From a virus, in IMG/VR virus record IMGVR_UViG_3300033997_000310, positions 32,001 through 96,000 of that record: a stretch of 64,000 nt of DNA, one strand, 5' to 3'. Each line of letters starts with the position of its first letter. Within the stretch, counting starts at the first letter, position 1. The translations under genes and the position numbers were made by a program. The notes beneath the pieces were generated by a model, which was not told where the DNA came from, did not search any database, and saw nothing but the letters and a program-made list of their open reading frames with translations. Below, one piece after another: positions 57,961-64,000 of this stretch.

Positions 57961-58767
57961 TCAGGCCTTGATGATGGTGACGAAATCGCCCGGCACCTGG
58001 CCGAACGGGTTGGCGGTGTAGATATGATCGATGTGCTTGCTCAGCTCATCGAAGCCGGCACTGAAGATGCTGTGGGTGATGTAGAGCAGCACGCGACCAT
58101 CGGTGAGCGGCTGCAGCACCTTCGCCAACTCGATGAAGGTGCGGCCGCCGTCACAGATATCGTCCACGACCAGGAAGTCAGCCTTGCCGACGTGCTCGCT
58201 GTACGCGACCGTGCCGGTGATGCTGCCGTCCCTCGGGTCACGCGTCTTGTCGGCGCGGACCATGGGACAGCCCAGCGCCTTGGCGATGCCGCTGACCTTC
58301 TTGATCGCGCCCGCGTCCGGCGCCACCAGCACGCAGTTGCCGACGTCCAGATAGCGCAGGAAGTCGAGTGCCGGCTTGTTGATGCACCGGTCCAGCAGCG
58401 CCGGACCAACATCGCTGTGGCAGTCCCAGACCGTCACGCTGGCATAGCGCTGCGCGTTGATCAGGTCGCACATCACCCGCAGCGACAGAGCCTCACCTGG
58501 CGCGCAGACGCGGTCCTGACGGGCATAGGGCAGATAGGGGCAGGTGAGATGGACCGGGATGTCTCCGAACTGGCGGCGGGCCGCATCGGTCAGCAGCAGC
58601 AGCCGCATGATGTCGGATGCGTCCGTCATCATCGCTGAGATGTACAGGTCCTTGGCAATGTGCCGGAAAGGAAACGGATTGATCCGGCAGTGAGCCTCAC
58701 CGCCGCTGAAGTTGTGCCAGACCACGTCGGCGGCATAGATGTCGACGCAGAGGGTGATGTTACCCAT
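57961..58767 (-). CDS. prs: ribose-phosphate pyrophosphokinase family (Adps-like)
   Basis: FSGGE, PYLPYARQDR, D.HS, PDAGA.K, VVDDICDGGRTF, ITH.IFS. Confidence 0.92.
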   Translation of the reverse strand: MGNITLCVDIYAADVVWHNFSGGEAHCRINPFPFRHIAKDLYISAMMTDASDIMRLLLLTDAARRQFGDIPVHLTCPYLPYARQDRVCAPGEALSLRVMCDLINAQRYASVTVWDCHSDVGPALLDRCINKPALDFLRYLDVGNCVLVAPDAGAIKKVSGIAKALGCPMVRADKTRDPRDGSITGTVAYSEHVGKADFLVVDDICDGGRTFIELAKVLQPLTDGRVLLYITHSIFSAGFDELSKHIDHIYTANPFGQVPGDFVTIIKA

Positions 58768-58815
58768 GGGGGACCTCCGGTGGTGTGGGCCAGGAGTTGG
58801 ACCTGACCCGTGGTG

Positions 58816-60606
58816 TCATGCCGCCTTGGCACCCATCTGCTTCATGGCATCGGCGCGGGTGTATGCCACCCCGTCGTCGAGCCAGTAGGTGGCCCCCATG
58901 CCAGCCGGCCCGATGTCAGGCACCTTGTCCGGCGTCGGCACCATCAGCGACACGATCCAGTGCAGGCCGGTCCCGTGCAGCATCTGGATGAAGTTGCCGC
59001 GCTCCTCAGCCGGGAGACGGTCGAAGTTGTCCACCACCACCAGGGCGGAGCCGTCCACCTTGGCGATGGCGGTCTGCATGATAATGCGGACCTTGGCGCG
59101 CTCGCCTTCCGACAGCAGGATGGACCGGCCGCCATATTCGATGCCCAGCTCATCGTTCAGCGTGACGGGCCGAACCTTCGCCGCCCGGCACAGCGGCGCC
59201 AGGACATCGCGGTTGAAGGCTTCGATGCCCTCCACCAGCTTCGTGCGGCGCACGCCCTTGTTCTCGTCCAGCAGCTCGACGATGCCGGCATTGACGACGA
59301 TGCTCTCGTGCTTGGCACGGGCCTCGTGGAACGCCTTGAACGCGGCCAGACGGTCGCGGGCGACGGTCATGGCGGCCTCGGCATCTGCCACAGACATGGT
59401 GCTGGCGGCTACAGCCTGCAGTTCGTTCAGGCGCGTCTGGGCAGCCCGTACGGACATGGCGTCGCGTTCGGCCACCTGCAGGGCATCGTAGGCATCGCGG
59501 AACTCCTTGTCGGCGGCGGCGCGGTCCCGCTCGAAAGCCGCACGCGCGGCCTTGGCGGCTTCGATGGTGGCCTCGTCGATATGCTGCGCCTTCTCCAGGC
59601 GCGGCCCGGCCAGATCGGAGACAATGCTGACACTGCCGGCGCAGTGCGGGCAGGGCGTGCCACTGGACGGGATGGCCGGCGGCGTCTTGATCTTGAACGG
59701 CTGGTCTGCCTCGCGTGCCTTGTCCATGCGCCGCTTGGCAGTGACCAGGGTGCGCTCCAGATCGGGCAGGGCGTCGACCTTGGCCTTCAGTTCCGCGATG
59801 ATCGCCTCGGAAGCGCCTTCGGCCTTGGCGGCGGCGATCTTGGCGGCGTCGGCGCGATGCACAGCACCTTCCAGATCGGAAAGGCTGGTAGCAGCCAGTT
59901 CATCATCCCAGATGGCCGGCTTCCACGATTCGGCCAACGCAGGCCCGTAATTGCCGCTGTGCCGCGTGATGGCCTTCCATTCGGCCTTCAGATCAACGCC
60001 CTTGGCGGCGGCGTCCTTGTGGGCGGTGTTCCAGCCCTTGTCGGTGATGGTTTTCCACAGCGATTTCAGAAGCCGATACAGGCCGCGGTCATTGTCATCG
60101 TCGTCATTCAGGCCGATGGTGCGCATGTCGGCAACGGCATCTATGTCAAGAGCTGCATCGCTCGGCTTGTGCAGATTGGCCTCCCGCAGAGCGGCCAGCA
60201 CGTCATCGCGCGTCGGTTCGATCTTCAGCAGCGGACCCAGGATGGCCGGGCGCTTCTTGGCATCAACCTCGGTGATGCATTCCAGGCCGGCGGCGAAGGC
60301 GGACACGGCCGGCGGCGAACCGCTGCCCTTCTCCAGCTTCATTTCGGCCTTGGGGTAGGCCACGGAGACGGCATATCCCTCGCCTTCCCAGCGGACGGAA
60401 CCTTTCTCCGCACCGCTCTTGACCAGGCGCAGGGCCTCACCCTTCTTCACCTCGCCAGTGGGCACGGTGTTACCCGTGACGGCGGCGCGCACGCACAGCA
60501 CGATGCTGCTCTTGCCCTGACCGCTGGTGCCGGCCAGGATGGCGCCACGGCTGACCTGGATATCGGCGGCGCGGCAGCCGCCCATGTTACTCACCTCGAA
60601 ACGCAT
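58816..60606 (-). CDS. SMC/RecF-like ABC ATPase
   Basis: G.SGQGKS Walker A, coiled coil with CPHC hook, LSEGE signature, VVDN Walker B. Confidence 0.85.
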   Translation of the reverse strand: MRFEVSNMGGCRAADIQVSRGAILAGTSGQGKSSIVLCVRAAVTGNTVPTGEVKKGEALRLVKSGAEKGSVRWEGEGYAVSVAYPKAEMKLEKGSGSPPAVSAFAAGLECITEVDAKKRPAILGPLLKIEPTRDDVLAALREANLHKPSDAALDIDAVADMRTIGLNDDDDNDRGLYRLLKSLWKTITDKGWNTAHKDAAAKGVDLKAEWKAITRHSGNYGPALAESWKPAIWDDELAATSLSDLEGAVHRADAAKIAAAKAEGASEAIIAELKAKVDALPDLERTLVTAKRRMDKAREADQPFKIKTPPAIPSSGTPCPHCAGSVSIVSDLAGPRLEKAQHIDEATIEAAKAARAAFERDRAAADKEFRDAYDALQVAERDAMSVRAAQTRLNELQAVAASTMSVADAEAAMTVARDRLAAFKAFHEARAKHESIVVNAGIVELLDENKGVRRTKLVEGIEAFNRDVLAPLCRAAKVRPVTLNDELGIEYGGRSILLSEGERAKVRIIMQTAIAKVDGSALVVVDNFDRLPAEERGNFIQMLHGTGLHWIVSLMVPTPDKVPDIGPAGMGATYWLDDGVAYTRADAMKQMGAKAA

Positions 60607-60724
60607 AGATGTCTCCTTTGCAGATGGTGATGGAAGCCTATTCCCGATGATGGAAAAAGACAATAAGCAATAATGGGAAAATCACATGGAACGGGGCGCG
60701 CGAAACGCCCCGCGCCGATGGTGA

Positions 60725-61141
60725 TCAGGCAGCCTGCTTCTTGCCCAGACCGTAGCTCTTCGCCAGACCGGAACGCACGGCCGCATAGTTCGGGGCCGTC
60801 ATCGGATAATCCACGGGCAAGCCCCACTTGCGCCGGTATTCATCCGGCGTCATGCCAAGCTTCGCCAGATGCCGCTTGAGCATCTTCAGCTTCTTCCCGT
60901 CATCCAGGCAGACGATGTAGTCCGGCGTCACCGACTTGCGGATCGGCACTGCGGGCTCCAGCTTGGCCGGCTCGGGCGGGCTGGTGGCGGCGGGCGGTTC
61001 CGAAGTCAGATCACTCAGCGTGGAATAAATGGTCTTCAGCAGGGCGGGCAGGTAGTCCATCGGCGTGTTGGCCGGATTGGCGGCGATGAACGCCGTGGCG
61101 ACAGCCGTAGTGCTGGCCAGCAACTCGGAGTGCGTATGCAT
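60725..61141 (-). CDS. mucR: Ros/MucR family regulator
   Basis: PAVPIRKSVTPDYIVCLDDGKK.K.LKRHL...MTP.EYR.KWGLP.DYPM.APNY. Confidence 0.95.
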   Translation of the reverse strand: MHTHSELLASTTAVATAFIAANPANTPMDYLPALLKTIYSTLSDLTSEPPAATSPPEPAKLEPAVPIRKSVTPDYIVCLDDGKKLKMLKRHLAKLGMTPDEYRRKWGLPVDYPMTAPNYAAVRSGLAKSYGLGKKQAA

Positions 61142-61196
61142 GCTCTTGTCCTTGGTTGGGAGTGGTGCAGCGGCGGTTGGGGCGCCGCTGCGTTGA

Positions 61197-62345
61197 TCAG
61201 CCGAAATTCAGGCCGTCGCCAGTGTGCGGCGGGGCACCGTCTTCGTAAATCTCACCGGTCTGCGGATCGTGCGCGGGAGGCGGCTCCGTCCGCTGGGCCT
61301 GCGCAGCCTTGCCGCCGCGCGGGCGCGTGGTGGCCTCGACCGGGCCGGCGCTGCCGCTGGCAACGACTGGTGCGGCTTCGCGCTGGTGCGTGCCTTCGAC
61401 CACAAAGGGCTTCTCGGTGGGGGAAGGCAGGGCGGCGGCCTGGGGAGATTCATCCTCATGCTCGACCGTCGGCACGCCGTCGCCGTCCTTCAGGCTCTGC
61501 GCCACGGACACGTCCTGCATCGCCGCGAAGTCGATGGTGCCGCTCTCCGCCGCCTCATCGGCCGCCGCCGCGGAGGCGAAGTTGCCGCCGATCGGCAGCA
61601 CCTTGGACAGCTTGCGGATGGCGGTCTTGGCCGCCATGTCGTCTTCCCACATCACCCAGGGCGTCTCGGCCAGCTTCTTCTCGGCCGATTCCTTCTTCCA
61701 CCCGGAATCCGCTTCGGCCGCCTGCTTGACCAGGAAGTTGTATGTCTCGGACTTGGACCGGGCCTTGTGGACTTCCTCCAGGGGCAGGACGCAGGCCAGC
61801 GTCGCCTCGGCGCCGGCGGCCGTGCGATACCGGGCGATGGCATAGGCACCGATCAGCGGGCCACGATCCGTCATGGCCGGCTGCCAGCGCAGATGCGCGT
61901 CATAGTCCTCGAAATACTCGAACTTGTCGTTCTGGTGGATCGCATGCGCCCGGAGACTGACGATGTTCGGGTTGCGATAGGCCAGTTCGATCAGGCCGCG
62001 ATAGCCGATGACCAGTTGGCATTCTGTGCCGACGACGCCCCACTTGCCGGTCTGGGGATCCTTGCCACGCTTCTGATAGGGGATCAGATAAGCGTGACCC
62101 TGCGGGGTGTTCGGCTCCAGCTCCAGGCTGGCCAGCGTCATAACGGCACCCAGGAACGACTGCTTGTCGCACTGACCGAGGGCCGGAACCTTGCGCAGGC
62201 AGTTGATGACGATCTTCAGCAGGCGCTCGGGGCGCAGGTACTTGCCGGCAACGGCGCTGATGCCGGAGACGACGGTGGGCGAACTGAGATATTCAGCCAG
62301 CTCACGGGGCTTCTGCGTTGCCGGCACTGCGGCGGGGGTGTTCAT
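61197..62345 (-). CDS. recT: RecT-family recombinase
   Basis: C...SF.GA....LEP...G.AYLIPY, Q..IGYRGL..LA.R, W...MA.KT.IR.L.K.LP. Confidence 0.92.
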   Translation of the reverse strand: MNTPAAVPATQKPRELAEYLSSPTVVSGISAVAGKYLRPERLLKIVINCLRKVPALGQCDKQSFLGAVMTLASLELEPNTPQGHAYLIPYQKRGKDPQTGKWGVVGTECQLVIGYRGLIELAYRNPNIVSLRAHAIHQNDKFEYFEDYDAHLRWQPAMTDRGPLIGAYAIARYRTAAGAEATLACVLPLEEVHKARSKSETYNFLVKQAAEADSGWKKESAEKKLAETPWVMWEDDMAAKTAIRKLSKVLPIGGNFASAAAADEAAESGTIDFAAMQDVSVAQSLKDGDGVPTVEHEDESPQAAALPSPTEKPFVVEGTHQREAAPVVASGSAGPVEATTRPRGGKAAQAQRTEPPPAHDPQTGEIYEDGAPPHTGDGLNFG

Positions 62346-62851
62346 TACTCATCTCCTTTGAAGGAAAGTGGCATGTTGGGAAAGTTGAGTGTTGCGTACT
62401 CACCGAAGAATGAAACTGCCGCAAGGTCATAAGCTCTCGCCGCCAACCTTGGAGATGCAAAGTTTCCAAGCCAAATGCGTTTGCGATTTACGGTTATCTG
62501 GGCAATGTAATTCGGTGACTTGTTCTCAGGCTGAACGCCTCTGTAGCCAGTTTGGCTTTTGCACCTGCGACGGCTTGCGTTGTTCTTGCTGCGAGTGCAA
62601 ATGCGCAAATTTTCTTTTCTGTTATCAAGGCCGTCGCCATTTATATGGTCGACATCTAATCCGTCCGGTGCATTCATGATGACTCTGTGCATCATCAGGC
62701 ATTTCCGGTTCTTTCTCCCTCCGTGGTTTTTATGCGCATACCAAACGTGAAGCGATCTGGAGCAATTCCATGCGCCGAACGACATGATGCGGTCGTAGTC
62801 ATCGTCGTCAACGATGGCGCTAATGCCATTCGGCAGCGGTATCGTCTTCAA
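62345..62851 (-). CDS. HNH endonuclease with AP2 domain
   Basis: TTG start; IVDDDD, MHR, VDHINGDGLDNRK.NLR, AARAYD.AA..FG. Confidence 0.9.
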   Translation of the reverse strand: MKTIPLPNGISAIVDDDDYDRIMSFGAWNCSRSLHVWYAHKNHGGRKNRKCLMMHRVIMNAPDGLDVDHINGDGLDNRKENLRICTRSKNNASRRRCKSQTGYRGVQPENKSPNYIAQITVNRKRIWLGNFASPRLAARAYDLAAVSFFGEYATLNFPNMPLSFKGDE

Positions 62852-63708
62852 TTTGAATGCTCCTTGAACTTCCACTCCGCACAGCCGTCCGTGCCCCACA
62901 GAGGGCAGGTCCGCTCCGCGCAAAGGAAACTGGACGGCGAACAATCGAAGGCGTTGATCGGGTCCGCGCTTCCGACTGAAACCAGCCGCCGGAACTCCGT
63001 CACGTCCTGCTTGACGCGGCGGATTCGGTTGAACGTGATGGGTTCGATGTCCCACAGTTCGTAATTTGTGACGACTGGCGGCGGCACGTCCTTATCCGCC
63101 GCCACGCGCTTGATGAAGCGTGTCCGCGCCAGCTTGATCGGTCGGCCATGCGCGCGATGGATCGTGCTGTAGGCGCCGAGCTGCGCCGCGTGCGTGCGGC
63201 TGACGACTCCAGTTTTTACATCTTCGATAGCGTCCGGCCCCATGGCGATGATATCGGTCTGGCCGGACAGGATGAACCCGTCACCAAGGTCAACGGTCAG
63301 TCGCTCCTCCAGCGACAGCGGCTCGATCTCCGGCACTGACCAATGAGCGAACACCTTCGCCATCTTGGCGATCTGCTTCTCGGCCGACGATGTGTTCGGG
63401 CTGGTCTTGTCGAACACCACGCCCTGGATCAGCAACTCACGGAACCGCTCCACCGCGCCATCGGTGGCCATGGAAACAGAACCGGTTCCGTAGCGCCCAT
63501 GCATCTTATCCAGCAGCATCAATTCGGTCCCGCGATGCACGGATGTGCCAACGGTCGATGCAACGGTGTTGGCAAAGTCGCGGATTTCATATCCGGCTGC
63601 CTTGATTTCGTCCCGCAGTATCGACGCTGCCGCCGTCCGCCGCGCCGTATCCCCATAACTGGACAGCGACGAAGGTCGAATGATCGTGCGGCCTTCCTCG
63701 TCTTTCAC
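62848..63708 (-). CDS. PD-(D/E)XK exonuclease (RecE/RecB-like)
   Basis: RPSSL, GT.VH, E..L, G..D, D.KTG, QL..Y, C..CP.W..C; GTG start after AAGGAGG. Confidence 0.8.
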   Translation of the reverse strand: MKDEEGRTIIRPSSLSSYGDTARRTAAASILRDEIKAAGYEIRDFANTVASTVGTSVHRGTELMLLDKMHGRYGTGSVSMATDGAVERFRELLIQGVVFDKTSPNTSSAEKQIAKMAKVFAHWSVPEIEPLSLEERLTVDLGDGFILSGQTDIIAMGPDAIEDVKTGVVSRTHAAQLGAYSTIHRAHGRPIKLARTRFIKRVAADKDVPPPVVTNYELWDIEPITFNRIRRVKQDVTEFRRLVSVGSADPINAFDCSPSSFLCAERTCPLWGTDGCAEWKFKEHSN

Positions 63709-64000
63709 CTGCACCTCCTTGCGATGGCCCAATCCCGAAGCGCTGCCGCTGTCATGCTGTGACACAGGTCAATGACCCGCTGGCATTGCCACTGATTGAA
63801 GAACCGGATGTGCGCTTCGTCGCGATCCAGCCCCATCTGTTCCGCCAGCCAGGCATAGGCCCTGCGTCGCGCCGAATTGGCAATTCGACATCTGGCCTTG
63901 CGCGCCGCCGGCCCACGTCCGCGCATGACTGCCTCGTGACACGGCAGATGGATGGCATCCCTCCACAGCGGGTCGAATGCATCATGAGCCTGTGCCCTGG
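63705..64000 (-). CDS. DUF3268-like protein (partial, runs off the window)
   Basis: AH.AFDPLW...R..AY.WLA..MG.....HI..F...C. Confidence 0.7.
   Translation of the reverse strand, partial: RAQAHDAFDPLWRDAIHLPCHEAVMRGRGPAARKARCRIANSARRRAYAWLAEQMGLDRDEAHIRFFNQWQCQRVIDLCHSMTAAALRDWAIARRCR

Noticed and set aside
62848-63708. Cas4 adaptation nuclease
   Set aside because: It is far from the cas locus and lies just upstream of recT (one HNH gene between), so a RecE-like recombination exonuclease is more likely.

Overview
GC-rich temperate tailed-phage (siphovirus-like) DNA. The host is probably an alphaproteobacterium, inferred from MucR, a suhB/MmgR-like sRNA and an attP carrying a tRNA-Glu 3' half. 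From left to right the window holds: (1) a DNA methyltransferase, an M16 peptidase and a MuF/gp7 head-morphogenesis gene broken into two ORFs by a naturally split intein, with an HNH endonuclease gene between the halves; (2) about 12 kb of accessory genes, including DnaQ-like exonuclease, ASCH, acyl carrier protein, IS605 tnpA/tnpB, a metallopeptidase, HNH-AP2 genes, two tRNAs and a structured ncRNA region; (3) the capsid-to-tail-fibre module; (4) a complete type IV-A-like CRISPR-Cas effector locus (csf3, csf1-like, cas6e, csf2, dinG; no cas1/cas2) with three arrays interleaved among the cas genes and strongly drifting repeats; (5) the lysis cassette, integrase and attP; (6) early genes including SSB, an NAD-reconstitution pair (Prs-like + NAMPT-like), an AAA ATPase, MucR, RecT and a PD-(D/E)XK exonuclease. 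A 15-bp ATG-N9-CAT box recurs at about 10 intergenic sites, including upstream of csf3 and dinG, which suggests the CRISPR locus belongs to a phage-wide regulon. All family calls come from motif recognition by eye; no searches were run.
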